A DNA stretch of 64,000 nt from Pelagomonas calceolata (Eukaryota), in the NCBI GenBank assembly GCA_918797485.1, contig CAKKNE010000006.1, forward strand, positions 1,488,001-1,552,000, in the 5' to 3' direction. This document shows positions 29,662-39,975 of the stretch, piece by piece. The stretch's first letter is position 1. Every line of letters begins with the position of its first letter. Under the pieces are notes generated by a model. The model ran no database searches. It was not told the origin of the DNA and was given only the letters and a program-made list of their open reading frames with translations. Both the position numbers and the translations under genes were made by a program.

Positions 29662-30285
29662 ATGGGGTCGGCCATGGGCAAGAAGAAGAAAAAAAGCAAG
29701 AAAAACAAGGGAGGCATCACGGCCCAGGACCGCGCCGTCCTCGACCTCAAGAACGCGCGTGATAAACTCAGAAGGTTCCAGGCGAAACTCGACGCGGAGT
29801 CCGAGCAATTAACAACAAGAGCAGCACAATTGTTGCGGGACGGGAAGAAGGACCGCGCTTTACTAACTTTAAAGTTCCGGCGATTCCGCCAAGACAAAGC
29901 CAATCAGGTGGACGGCCAGTTATTACGTCTAGAAGACATGGTCAGCGCGATCCGGTGGGAGGAGCGCCAGTCAGAAGTTATAAGTGCTTTACGAGAAGGC
30001 ACGGACGCCCTCAAAAGGTTACACGAGGACATGGGCGACGTCGCGGCGCTGATGGACGAGACACAAGATCAGCTCGAGATGGAGCGCGAGGTGTCCGCGC
30101 TGCTGAGTGGGGAGACAACGGATGATTCGGACTTGCTGGCGGAGCTGGATGCCATGGCGGCGCCTGTCTTAGATCTGCCGGCGGCGCCGTCGTCGTTGCC
30201 GGCGGCGCCCGTCGGCCTGCCGGCGGCGCCTTCATCAGTGCCGGCGGCGCCGCGGCGGCCGGAGCGCGTCGCCGTGCCCGCGTGA
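29662..30285 (+). CDS. VPS20: ESCRT-III subunit VPS20/CHMP6
   Basis: MG myristoylation start; ITAQDRAVLDLKNARDKL, GKKDRALLTLK, V..LMDETQD. Confidence 0.9.
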   Translation: MGSAMGKKKKKSKKNKGGITAQDRAVLDLKNARDKLRRFQAKLDAESEQLTTRAAQLLRDGKKDRALLTLKFRRFRQDKANQVDGQLLRLEDMVSAIRWEERQSEVISALREGTDALKRLHEDMGDVAALMDETQDQLEMEREVSALLSGETTDDSDLLAELDAMAAPVLDLPAAPSSLPAAPVGLPAAPSSVPAAPRRPERVAVPA

Positions 30286-30365
30286 TCAAATCAAATTCCA
30301 CTATGCCTCCGTGCCTGTGCGCCATTCGACGCGACCGTCTAAATTCTGTGATACACAAACACTAC

Positions 30366-31484
30366 TTATAAATCATCAGAATAGAACGCCTCGAGGTCGC
30401 GGACGTCCTCGGACGACCCCAGGAACACGGGCACGCGCTGGTGCACCGAGGAAGGGACGACGTCCATGATCGGCCTTCTGCCATCTGAACACCGCCCGCC
30501 GGCCTGCTCTACCAAAAACGACATCGGCGCGGCCTCATACAGCAGTCGCAATTTGCCATTCTTGTTTTTCGTATCGGCCGGATACCCATAGATGCCGCCA
30601 TACAATAATGTTCGATGGACGTCGGCGACCATGGAACCGACATATCTCGAACCTTTAACGCCCTGGAGCGAATCTAAATACCCTCGCACGTGCGCATCCC
30701 ACTCCTTCGCATTGCCCTCGTTGAACGAGTAGTAGGGCCCCCGCTCCGGTATTCGGACGTCGTCATGGGACAACACAAATTCTTGGGAACGCGGGTCCAG
30801 CGTGAAGCCGTGGACACCATCACCCAAGCTAAAAACAAGTACCGTGGACGAAGAATACATGCAGTAGCCCGCGGCCACCAGCGACCGCCCCGGCTGCAGC
30901 GCGTTCAGCAGACACCGCGTCTGATCGTCGTCCATGTTTTCGTCGTCGTCGTCCACCAAACACTCGACGTTTTGCTTGAAGATCCCGAAGATCGTCCCCG
31001 TCGCGACCGCCGCTTGCACATTACTACTACCATCGAGCGGGTCGAAGACCGCCACATATTTACTCCCGAAGGCCTCCTCGACGAGCATGGGGTCGGCTTC
31101 TTCTTCCGAGGCCGCTAAACCTACTTTTCCAGTATATCGTAAAGCGTCCTTAAGCACCTCGTTGGCGATGATGTCCAGCTGCTTCTGCTGTTCATCTTGC
31201 ACATTAATGGTGTCCGCGGCGCCGTCCAAGCCATCTACTCCTGCTCTCTGGACGATGCCACTTATGGTCTTACATCCCATCGCGATCGACGAAAGTAGAG
31301 CTTCCAGATCTTCTTGGCTCGGGTTTTGGCGCGTGTGGTCGAGGAGCCACCTCGTTAATGTCGGCGTTGTCATGGGTTCGGCGGTGGCGCGGAGGCGCGT
31401 GCGCCGCCTCCGGAAGGGCGGGCGCGGTGCGAGGGCGGCTGCCGTCGCCAGCAGCGCTGCGAGGCGTGCGCGCCGGTGCCGCAT
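30366..31484 (-). CDS. FBP: Plastid fructose-1,6-bisphosphatase class I (redox-loop type)
   Basis: FDPLDGSSN, GTIFGIF, Cys-containing insertion ECLV...TRCL, RYVGSMVADVHRTLLYGG, GKLRLLYEAAPM. Confidence 0.95.
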   Translation of the reverse strand: MRHRRARLAALLATAAALAPRPPFRRRRTRLRATAEPMTTPTLTRWLLDHTRQNPSQEDLEALLSSIAMGCKTISGIVQRAGVDGLDGAADTINVQDEQQKQLDIIANEVLKDALRYTGKVGLAASEEEADPMLVEEAFGSKYVAVFDPLDGSSNVQAAVATGTIFGIFKQNVECLVDDDDENMDDDQTRCLLNALQPGRSLVAAGYCMYSSSTVLVFSLGDGVHGFTLDPRSQEFVLSHDDVRIPERGPYYSFNEGNAKEWDAHVRGYLDSLQGVKGSRYVGSMVADVHRTLLYGGIYGYPADTKNKNGKLRLLYEAAPMSFLVEQAGGRCSDGRRPIMDVVPSSVHQRVPVFLGSSEDVRDLEAFYSDDL

Positions 31485-31574
31485 CGTTGCGCGCGAAGAA
31501 ATGTGCAGTCCTTTGATAACGCGGCCTCGATTTGCGACGTTCTCCAGCGATTTCAAGCCTTGTGGAGCTGCTTG

Positions 31575-31595
31575 CTAGCGCCTTACAGCCGCTAG
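31575..31595 (-). promoter_or_regulatory. CTAG-N13-CTAG upstream motif copy (second degenerate copy at 31684-31701)
   Basis: ctagcgccttacagccgctag between divergent FBPase and metallophosphoesterase. Confidence 0.55.
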
Positions 31596-31802
31596 CTTCG
31601 ACGTGTTAGAGTGCTGCTGGCGTGCACCGCGTCGGACGGAGGGCTTTCGATTCCATCGCAGACGCAGACGGCTCGTAAATTGCCTAGTGACTTTTAGCTA
31701 GCTTTTGTGACATCAGCTTCACGCGAGCTTGACGAATTGGGCTGCAACGGGGCGCCCAGCAGCATTGCTTGAAGAAGGGTTGCATTCTCCGGGAGCGGCA
31801 AC

Positions 31803-33593
31803 ATGAGGACGGTCACCGCGCTCTGCCTCGGCACGGCGTCTGCCTTCATGGCGACGAGCGCCCACAAGCCCAAGCTCGCGGCGCGCAAGGCGACGGAGAC
31901 CCTGCCCGAGGGCGAGTTCGAGTACCGCGTGGCTATTCTTGGTGATCTCCACGTGCACAGCGGCGTTGTTATTCATACGTTGTTTATTACCGAAAGATGC
32001 GACGCGGGAGAGCGTTTCCGAACAGCCCAAAGAGACGGCGCCGCCGCGCGCGACGCGAGCCGCACCGACGCCGGAACACGCGTCATAACCGCGCAGGTCG
32101 ACCCGAGAGACCTGGACCACACCATGGAAGGAAGGGAACACATGAAGGCGCACAACCCCGACTTCGTCGTCTCTCTAGGTGATTTGGGAGAGTCCAAGGA
32201 CTGCACGGAGTCGAAGCAGTTGTACGCGGGCACGACGCCGTGCTTCAAATTAGTCAGGGACTACTTCGACGGCTTCGGCGTCCCGTTCGACGTCGTCGGC
32301 GGCAACCACGACCTCGAGGGCATCGACGAGTTCAACACCGACGCCGAGAACCTGGAGGCCTACCTCCATCACTTGGGCAAGGACACGCCGCAGTTCTGCC
32401 ACGAGATCGCCCCCAAGACGCTGCTAGTCGGTCTCGGGTCGACCAAATTCCGCGACGCGACCTACACGTCCCACGAGGTCTTCGTCGACGCCGAGCAGGT
32501 CAAGTGGTTCGAGGAGCTCGTGGCCTCGAAGCCGGCCGAGGAGGGCTGGTCCATTTTTTGCTTCTCCCACGCGCCGATCATCGGCAGCGGCGTCCGCGTC
32601 CTGCAGGAGAACCACGTGGTCAACGGCTGCTGCTGGCTGAACCACAACGGCGGGCCCGGCGCGGCCCCGCAGAACTTCATCGACATCGTGCGCAGAAGCC
32701 CGCAGATCAAGGGCTGGTTCAACGGCCACTTCCACCTGTCGCACGACTACGAGGACTCGATCACGTTCCCGGGCGGCAACAACCGCGGGTCGTGCGTCTT
32801 CGCCCAGACGGGCTGCATGACGGCTCGCTCGTCCCGAGACGGGCGGCGCCACTCGCGCTTCATCCGGGGCAACGAGCACGGCTTCGAGATCTGCACCGTC
32901 GACCACTCGAAGGGCGGCGTGTTGCGACTCGACGCGACCGTGACCTACGCGGACGAGTGCGCCGCGGACGGCGAAGCGTGCTCGACCCTCGTCTTCGCGC
33001 ACGACCACGAGGACTACGACCACGACCTCTGGTTCCAGGCCTACGTGCCCCAGGAGGGCGACGGCTGCTACATCGAGAACCCCGACGGCGTTATTAACAT
33101 GCCCGGTTCGGAGCTCGACGATTTGTCGGACCCCAACGCCGTGTGCTGGTGGCACATGAAGGACGGCGCCGTGCTCGGCGTGCACAACGGCATGATCATC
33201 GAGTACGACGAGTCGACGCTCGCGCCGCTGGGCATGGTCGTGTCGCGCGACGAGCTGCAGGGGCGCCGCGTCGCCGTCGTCGACAACGGCTACGGCGGCT
33301 CGACCTGCCTCCTGTATGATGACGAGAACAACTCGGAAGTCACCGTCGTGCAGCCGAACGAGGACGGCACGTACTGGCGCAAGGTCGTGCGGAACAAGAT
33401 GTACCGCACGCGCGAAAAACGCAACGTCGACGCGGCGAAGAAGTTCATCCAGAAGGTGCTGCCCGACCAGGACCACGACGTCATGTCGTCCTACGGTCCC
33501 TACATCTCCACCGTGGGCCAGGTCATGGGCGTGTCCACGAAGGCGTTACCGTTCAAGGCCGAGGACACGACGAAGCTTACCAAGAGCCGCTAG
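31803..33593 (+). CDS. Plastid-targeted calcineurin-like metallophosphoesterase (probable intron 31953-32096)
   Basis: ASA-F cleavage motif; GDLH, LGDLG, GGNHD, FSHAP, NGHFH. Confidence 0.8.
   Translation: MRTVTALCLGTASAFMATSAHKPKLAARKATETLPEGEFEYRVAILGDLHVHSGVVIHTLFITERCDAGERFRTAQRDGAAARDASRTDAGTRVITAQVDPRDLDHTMEGREHMKAHNPDFVVSLGDLGESKDCTESKQLYAGTTPCFKLVRDYFDGFGVPFDVVGGNHDLEGIDEFNTDAENLEAYLHHLGKDTPQFCHEIAPKTLLVGLGSTKFRDATYTSHEVFVDAEQVKWFEELVASKPAEEGWSIFCFSHAPIIGSGVRVLQENHVVNGCCWLNHNGGPGAAPQNFIDIVRRSPQIKGWFNGHFHLSHDYEDSITFPGGNNRGSCVFAQTGCMTARSSRDGRRHSRFIRGNEHGFEICTVDHSKGGVLRLDATVTYADECAADGEACSTLVFAHDHEDYDHDLWFQAYVPQEGDGCYIENPDGVINMPGSELDDLSDPNAVCWWHMKDGAVLGVHNGMIIEYDESTLAPLGMVVSRDELQGRRVAVVDNGYGGSTCLLYDDENNSEVTVVQPNEDGTYWRKVVRNKMYRTREKRNVDAAKKFIQKVLPDQDHDVMSSYGPYISTVGQVMGVSTKALPFKAEDTTKLTKSR
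31953..32096 (+). other. Probable 144-nt in-frame, stop-free intron (GTGCAC...GCGCAG)
   Basis: Compositionally distinct insert; removal gives GDLH|VDPRDL; the GCGCAG acceptor matches other introns in the window. Confidence 0.6.
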
Positions 33594-33859
33594 GTCGCTA
33601 CCCCTGCTTATACTATCGTTGGAAGTGTAGTTTACTCACTCGTCCGTCGTCCGTCGCGTCGATGGCGTGGAGGTGGACTCGGACGCGACCGTGACATTTG
33701 ATACACTCGGTAGTGTAGTTATGACCCAGACTCTGCAACCCCGCAGCGAGGGAAGCGCGCCGCCCGCAGACGACAGCATGGGCCGAGAACCGCGAGGCGC
33801 TAGCAAGGGCTGCATCCCCGGAGGGTCTTGCGTGGAGCGCGCCGCGCGGTCCTCTCCGT

Positions 33860-36247
33860 TCAAAGCATCCTCCGGCGCCAGTCGTCGTCGTCCGCGGCGG
33901 GCGCGGCGGGTGCCGGTGCCGTCGCGAGCGGGTCGAACGGCGGCAGCGGCGGCAGCGCCGCTGCGGGCGCGGGCGCGGGCGCCGGGGCGCGGCGCGGGCC
34001 GGTGGGCGCCGTGAAGATGGACTTCGGCCCCTCGACGCCCGGGCGGCAGGGCCCCAGGGTCTGCGCGCGAGGACTCCGCGCGCGCGCCGGCGCGGGCGCG
34101 GGCGGCGCCGCGTCGTCCTGGGTCAGATCCACTACCGCTGCCGCGGGCGGAGGTGCTCGCGGGCGCGGCGGCACCGGCGCCGGCGCCGGCGTAGGCGCTG
34201 TCGCGCCGACCAGCAGCGCGTGGTTCGGCACCGCGGCGGGCGCCGGCGCCGCGGCCCGGACGCGCACGTCCTCCTTCGGGACGTGCGACACCGTGCGGCT
34301 GCCGCGGTGCTTCCACTGCACCTGCCAAGCTCCCCGCGTCACCTTGCCCGCCGAGTCGCGCAGCTCGAAGTCGGGCAGCCAGCGGCACCAGACGACGGTC
34401 GCGTGGTACGGGCTACTCTTCGAGGAGTTCCACCGGCCGCCCGCGTCACGCACCTCGCGGTCGAAGACGACGCCCGGCGGCAGCCAGGCGAGGCCATCCG
34501 GCACGTCCTCCTCGCGGACGACGCGGAAGTAGTCGTTCTTCAGGTCGTACAGGAGGTCCTGCTTCCTGCCGCCGCGGTCGACGTACTCGCGCGCCGTCGT
34601 CGCCCGCTCGATCGCCGCGGCGCGCTGCGTCGTCCGCGGCTTCCCGGTGCGCTTGACGCGCACGCCGCGGTCGACCAGCCCGTCGACGATCGACGACGCT
34701 CGGGGCGAGCTGGGGCGCGCGCGCGCGCGCGCCGGTGGCCGCGGCGCGGCGACCGCCGGCGGCCGCGGCGCGCGCGCGGGCGCGGGCGCGGGCGCCGCGC
34801 GCGCCGAGATCACAAAGTCGTCGACCTCGTCGACCTCGGCGTCGTCGCCGCCGTCTGTCGGCGCAGCAGCCTCAGCGGGCGCGGCGGCGTCGACCTCCGC
34901 GTCGTCGTCGGGAGCGCCCGGCCATCCTCCTGCCGGCATCGGGAGCGGCCCGGCGCCCTCCTCGGCGCCCTCCTGCCGGCTCAGCTCCGCCTCGGCCTCG
35001 GCCACGGCCTGGGGCAGCAGCCGCCCGTACTTGCCGCCCCGGGGCGCGCCGTGGCCGGCGCGCAGGCCCTCGGCCCAGCCCACCAAATTACCGGGCGCCG
35101 CGAAGCTGAACTGCTCGGCCGAGTCCACCCCGAAGTTGTAGACGGCGTAGCGCTGCCCTTGCTCGCGCCGCGCGCGCGCCGCCGCGGCCCCGGCGATCGC
35201 CGCCGGGTCCATGACGACGCCGGGCCACCAGACGTCGCCCTCGCGCGCCCAGCAGACCTCGTCGTAGCGCGCGGCCCAGCGCTCGTCGCGCAGCCGCGCC
35301 GCGCCGGCGCCCTCCTCGGCTTCATCGTCCTTGGCCTCCTCCGCCACCGCCGCCGCCCACCGCGCGTCCGTGACCTCGCAGTAGCCGCGCTCGACGTCGT
35401 AGCACAGGTCGGCGGGCCGCCCGCCGCACGAGAGGAACTCGCCGACCGTCGTCGCGCCCATGTAGGCGTCGTAGCGTCTTTTCGATTTTTTGCCGTGCTC
35501 CGACGCGAGGCTCTGCTTCGGGTTTGGCGTCGCGAACTTGATGCGCGCGCCGCGGTAGGGCAGAATCTTGGAGCGGACGCGGGCCTCGATGCGCCGGTGG
35601 CGCTCGTCGGCGCCGCTGCTCCGCCGGCGGCTCGGGAGCGCCGCCGCCGGCACGTCCCACACGGCCATCGAGACCGCGCCGCTCGCACTCCGCACGGGCA
35701 GGCCCAGCGACAGGCGCCGCGCCAGCTCCGCGTCGCCGGCCGTGGCGTCGTCGTCCGGTTGTGCGGGCGGCTTTGCCTTCTTCTTCGGCCTGGGCGCGGG
35801 CTTTGCCGCCGGCCGCTTCTTCTTCGGCGGCTGCGCGCGCCGCGGGCTCTCGGCCGCGGCGAGCTGCCGCGCGAGCGCGGCGTCGCCGGACGTGTCCGCC
35901 TTCCTCTGCTTCTTGGGCGGCCGCCCGCGCGGGATCGGCCGCTGCGGGGGCGGCGACGGCGCCGGCGTGATCTCCGCGGTGGGTGCTGCTGGTGCCGGCG
36001 CCGGCGCCGCGGCCGCGAGCTTGCACTCCCAGCCGCGCTCCGCGCAGAGCTTTGCCACGCAGCGCCGGAGCTTGCTCCGCGCGAGGGAGCTCCAGCCCGC
36101 CGTGATCGCCGGGATGTCCTCGTCCACCGCTTCGCTGAAGTCGCTCAGCGCATCGACTTGTTGTAATAAGTGCGCGCGCTGCGGCTCCGTGAAGTTGTTG
36201 CGGACGAGCCAGGCCTCGACCTCGGCCGTGCACTGGGCCTGGCTCAT
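33860..36247 (-). CDS. Chromatin-type protein: PWWP domain, AT-hook-like motif, two copies of a ~45-aa unknown domain
   Basis: EVCWAREGDVWWPGVV...YAVYNFG (PWWP); PRGRPPKK; repeated ...ATT..E....GGR..DL.YD....Y. Confidence 0.7.
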   Translation of the reverse strand: MSQAQCTAEVEAWLVRNNFTEPQRAHLLQQVDALSDFSEAVDEDIPAITAGWSSLARSKLRRCVAKLCAERGWECKLAAAAPAPAPAAPTAEITPAPSPPPQRPIPRGRPPKKQRKADTSGDAALARQLAAAESPRRAQPPKKKRPAAKPAPRPKKKAKPPAQPDDDATAGDAELARRLSLGLPVRSASGAVSMAVWDVPAAALPSRRRSSGADERHRRIEARVRSKILPYRGARIKFATPNPKQSLASEHGKKSKRRYDAYMGATTVGEFLSCGGRPADLCYDVERGYCEVTDARWAAAVAEEAKDDEAEEGAGAARLRDERWAARYDEVCWAREGDVWWPGVVMDPAAIAGAAAARARREQGQRYAVYNFGVDSAEQFSFAAPGNLVGWAEGLRAGHGAPRGGKYGRLLPQAVAEAEAELSRQEGAEEGAGPLPMPAGGWPGAPDDDAEVDAAAPAEAAAPTDGGDDAEVDEVDDFVISARAAPAPAPARAPRPPAVAAPRPPARARARPSSPRASSIVDGLVDRGVRVKRTGKPRTTQRAAAIERATTAREYVDRGGRKQDLLYDLKNDYFRVVREEDVPDGLAWLPPGVVFDREVRDAGGRWNSSKSSPYHATVVWCRWLPDFELRDSAGKVTRGAWQVQWKHRGSRTVSHVPKEDVRVRAAAPAPAAVPNHALLVGATAPTPAPAPVPPRPRAPPPAAAVVDLTQDDAAPPAPAPARARSPRAQTLGPCRPGVEGPKSIFTAPTGPRRAPAPAPAPAAALPPLPPFDPLATAPAPAAPAADDDDWRRRML

Positions 36248-36986
36248 GGCTCTACGCCCTGGCCTTCGAGTTTTGGGGCTGGCACCCTTGCTGGGCCGCG
36301 CGGACGGCAGCTACGACGTTAAAACAGCCCGACCCGCTCCTGAGAGCGGTTTGCGCTAGGCACTCTCTGAACCACAGAGATGCCTTGCTGGCTTCGAGAG
36401 CGCCTCGGCTGGCGCGCACCTATCCGGTGGCTTGCCTAACGCGTGAATTAGGTCCCCGCATGAACGGCGCGGTCGTTTTTTTGGCTCTTGACAGCGCAAA
36501 GCTGGGTATGTATTATACCCGCACGTAAGACCAGACGCGCGACCCGACGCCTCCGCCCGGGGAGCCCTCCACGCTTCCCGGGGTCCTTCTTTGTCGTTTC
36601 GGCTGGCTGCGACCGAGCCGGAGGTGAGACGAGCTGGATCTGCTCTGACTTTTGTTGCTGTACGCAGTCGCACTCGGACGCTGAACGCGTTCGTACAGCT
36701 CATTCGAAAGGCCTTCCGACGACCCTGCGGCTGAACGCACCCGTTCCCCCACCAGACGACGCATCCGAAGCTGAAACTCTAACAGTGCCATGCCCCGCCT
36801 GCCGAAGGTCAATGCGACAGCCATCAAGGCCCGCCTGCCGACGCGGCTGCCGAAGAATCTATCGCGGAGCCTGTACGAAGCGGTGTCTAATTTGACGTCC
36901 GCGCCGTCGACGCGACGCGCTCTCACACCGGTCGATTGCCACGCAGGGGGCTCCGCGTCCCGAAGAACCCGTTCCGACGGAGCGTT

Positions 36987-37835
36987 ATGACCGGCGAGGA
37001 GCATATTATAGAGGAGGACTGCTGGCTCCTCGTCTTCCTGATGCGGCCGCTCGTCATGCTGTTGCTCGTGATAGGCTACCTGAAGAGCGAGCCCTACGTC
37101 GCGAAGCTCCGAACCAAGCTAAAACTCCGCAAAAAGGCCAACAAGCGCCTCTTCACGTTAACCGTAGTGGCCCACAACGTCGCCTTGGCCGTCTTCTCGC
37201 TCTGGATGGCGTTGAGATCGTGGCCGCTCTTCCTGGGCACGTGGTCCAGTGATGGGTTGCGAGAAGTACACTGCTCACCAGCCTTCTGGGACAACGAGTT
37301 TGGCTACCTCGCCAAGGTCTTCTACGCGTCGAAATTCTACGAGTTCGCGGACACCTGGCTCTTAGTACTAAAAAACAAGCAGCCGTCCTTCCTCCAGAAG
37401 TACCACCACGCCGGCATCGTGATCACGATGTGGGCCGGAGTCGCCACGTCGAGCAACTGGCTCGTCTGGCCCACGGTCTTGAATAGCGCGATCCACACGG
37501 CCATGTACTCGTACTACGCGGCCGCTACACTAGGCTACAAGAGCCCCTACGCCAAGTACCTTACCAGAGCTCAAATGACCCAATTCGTCGTCGGTATCTT
37601 AGGTGCTACTTCGACTTACTTTTTTGGGTGCGAGGCCGCTCAGTATAGTAAGCGGGCGCTCTTCCTCATGCAGTGTTATGCGGCTGGATTACTAGTGTTG
37701 TTTGGCGAGATGGCTCGGGCCAAGTACGGGGGCGGCAAGCGGCCGAAACGGGGCGCCTCGCCCGCGCGCTCTCGGAGCGCGTCGCCGGCGCCGGGCCGCG
37801 CGTCGCCGCGCCTCGCCGCGCGGAAGCGCCGCTAG
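36987..37835 (+). CDS. ELO/GNS1-SUR4 fatty-acid elongase
   Basis: FYASKFYEFADTWLLVLK, SFLQKYHHAG, NSAIHTAMYSYY, YLTRAQMTQF. Confidence 0.9.
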   Translation: MTGEEHIIEEDCWLLVFLMRPLVMLLLVIGYLKSEPYVAKLRTKLKLRKKANKRLFTLTVVAHNVALAVFSLWMALRSWPLFLGTWSSDGLREVHCSPAFWDNEFGYLAKVFYASKFYEFADTWLLVLKNKQPSFLQKYHHAGIVITMWAGVATSSNWLVWPTVLNSAIHTAMYSYYAAATLGYKSPYAKYLTRAQMTQFVVGILGATSTYFFGCEAAQYSKRALFLMQCYAAGLLVLFGEMARAKYGGGKRPKRGASPARSRSASPAPGRASPRLAARKRR

Positions 37836-37953
37836 GCCCCGAGAAAAGTTTTGAAGAGCACGTGCACACGCCGCGCCGCAGTAACCCTCGTAGTTCAAGG
37901 GACTATCGTGTGCACCTCTAGTAGTAGAAGTAATCTCTTAGGCGGGAAACCAG

Positions 37954-39975
37954 CTACTCGTCGTCCTCGTCGGGGCCGGCGACCTCGTCGGGCAGCGGCC
38001 AGAGCATGACGCCGCCCTCGGAGCCCGCCGTGACGCAGACGCGCTGGTTCGGGGCCATCGCGACCTTGTTGATCGCGCCACTGTGCGCCGCGCCCTCGGC
38101 GACGTAGATGCCGCCGTCGTAGTCCCACAGCCGCAGTCGCGAGTCGCGGGATCCGCTCACGAAGTGGTTTCCTGATGTGGAGCAGGCCAAGGCCGTCATC
38201 TCCACGGGCCCGCCGCGCACCTCCCGAATGGCATCGCAGCCCACCGCCTCCCAGAAGGTGACCTTGCAGTTGCTCCCGGTCGTGACGATCTGCGACGCGT
38301 CCGGCAGGTAGAAGCACGACCGGTAGCAGGTGGCCTCGAACAAGTTCGCGACGCGCGTGTATCTTCTCAGGTCCCAGACGAGGCAGTTGCCATCTGTTGA
38401 TGCCGATATAAATTGCCTTAAATCAGACGTCACCTTGAGGCACGTCACCGCTCCTCGGTGCTCCTTCGTCGACGAGAGCATGGCTCTATGTTGGCGAGTG
38501 ACGCGCCACACTCGGACGCGGCCATCAACACCACCCGACAGCAACCGCCAGGGCTCATCTGATGAAGGGTCCTCGGCCATGCCTTCCGGGACGACCTCGA
38601 GCGCCGTGCAGTCCATGGGCCCTCCATTGTTGTTGAGGTCGTGGGCGTCGGCCATGACCCAGGTTAATTTGCCTGTTTCTGGTCCAAAAGCCCTTACTTT
38701 CCCGTCGGACCAGCCGCTGACGAGTGTCGCGCCGGAAGCGGTAATAGCGATGGCTCGGCACTCCAGGTTGGGCACGCGAATCCTTACCAACTCGGACTTG
38801 CTTCGCGCGTCCCACACGCGAATGTCTTCGACGGCACACGTCGCGAAGACTCTGGAGGAGTAAGCCGGGTAGCACACGTCGAAGACGGCTCCTACATGAG
38901 AGGTACCTCTCAGCTTCGGCGTGCCGCCGATGGCTAACGTGTACCGGTTGCCCGTCGATGTCCCGACCGCATAACCACTCAGTTTGCCTTCTCGCGAGGT
39001 CGCCGATAATGACGTGACCGGACCGTCCACATCACACGCCCACCTTTTGAACTGTCTCAAATCCGGCGAGTAGAAGGTCAGCGAGCCATCGCCCCCACCC
39101 GCACACACCACATCAACGTTGTCCTTCGAAGCGCCCGGTAAGCAACAAATAGCCTTGACGCCTCCCGAGTGCCGTCCTCGAGACACTTGTACTAATTTGG
39201 GTACGATCGCGTCGGGCTCGTTGTAGTCCTTGATGGGGTCGCGGTTAATATTGACCTGGATCACTTCGCCGGACTGGGTACCGCATAACGCGTAGTTGTC
39301 GTCGCCGCTAATCGTGACACAATCGACCACTCTGATCAATTTACCTACTTTGACGTCCATGTCGTGCACTTTATAAGTGCCTGGTTCGATCCTCCACACT
39401 TTCACGTGCGCCTTGCCTCCCGTGACGAGTCTGAACGGGTCATTCCTCAGGAACGCGCCGCATCTAGCCGTATCTAGAGCGGCTCGCACGCAAACCTTCG
39501 GTTCGGCAGTAGGCATCTCCCACAGACATATCTTGTTGTCGTCCCGCGCGCCCATCGTGAAGAGGATCGAGTCGTCGCAGTTGAATCCGACGGCCCGCAC
39601 GCCACTGACGTGCTGGTTGAGGATCTTGAGGGGCTTCGGCGGTTCCGCGTCCTCCCGGGGTCGCAGGATGCGGTCGCAGGCGTCCTCGAGGTCCCACAAC
39701 ACGGCAGGTGAGGCGACACCGAGCGGCGCGTCCTGCCCCGTGCACAACACTCTTCCGTCATTCGACGCCGCCACGCACGTGACGTCCTCGGTATGTCCTC
39801 TCAAGAAACAAACGCCGTCTCGTCTCGTAGCGTGCTGGACGACGACCATGCCCCCCAAGGGATACGCCACGAAGGCCTCGTCGTCGACCTCGACGGCGAC
39901 CAGGCCGTTCGGCACCGTGCCATTAAATCCTAAACAGGCCGTCGGCTCCAGCGTTGTTATGTTGTCCTGGGGCAT
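37954..39975 (-). CDS. CFAP52: WD40 cilia/flagella-associated protein 52 (WDR16)-like
   Basis: LGFNGTVPNGL...YPLG, FLRGHT, DIRVW..ELVRI.VPNLEC, LVSGWSDGKVRAFGPETGKL, QIVTTGSNCKVTFWE. Confidence 0.85.
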   Translation of the reverse strand: MPQDNITTLEPTACLGFNGTVPNGLVAVEVDDEAFVAYPLGGMVVVQHATRRDGVCFLRGHTEDVTCVAASNDGRVLCTGQDAPLGVASPAVLWDLEDACDRILRPREDAEPPKPLKILNQHVSGVRAVGFNCDDSILFTMGARDDNKICLWEMPTAEPKVCVRAALDTARCGAFLRNDPFRLVTGGKAHVKVWRIEPGTYKVHDMDVKVGKLIRVVDCVTISGDDNYALCGTQSGEVIQVNINRDPIKDYNEPDAIVPKLVQVSRGRHSGGVKAICCLPGASKDNVDVVCAGGGDGSLTFYSPDLRQFKRWACDVDGPVTSLSATSREGKLSGYAVGTSTGNRYTLAIGGTPKLRGTSHVGAVFDVCYPAYSSRVFATCAVEDIRVWDARSKSELVRIRVPNLECRAIAITASGATLVSGWSDGKVRAFGPETGKLTWVMADAHDLNNNGGPMDCTALEVVPEGMAEDPSSDEPWRLLSGGVDGRVRVWRVTRQHRAMLSSTKEHRGAVTCLKVTSDLRQFISASTDGNCLVWDLRRYTRVANLFEATCYRSCFYLPDASQIVTTGSNCKVTFWEAVGCDAIREVRGGPVEMTALACSTSGNHFVSGSRDSRLRLWDYDGGIYVAEGAAHSGAINKVAMAPNQRVCVTAGSEGGVMLWPLPDEVAGPDEDDE

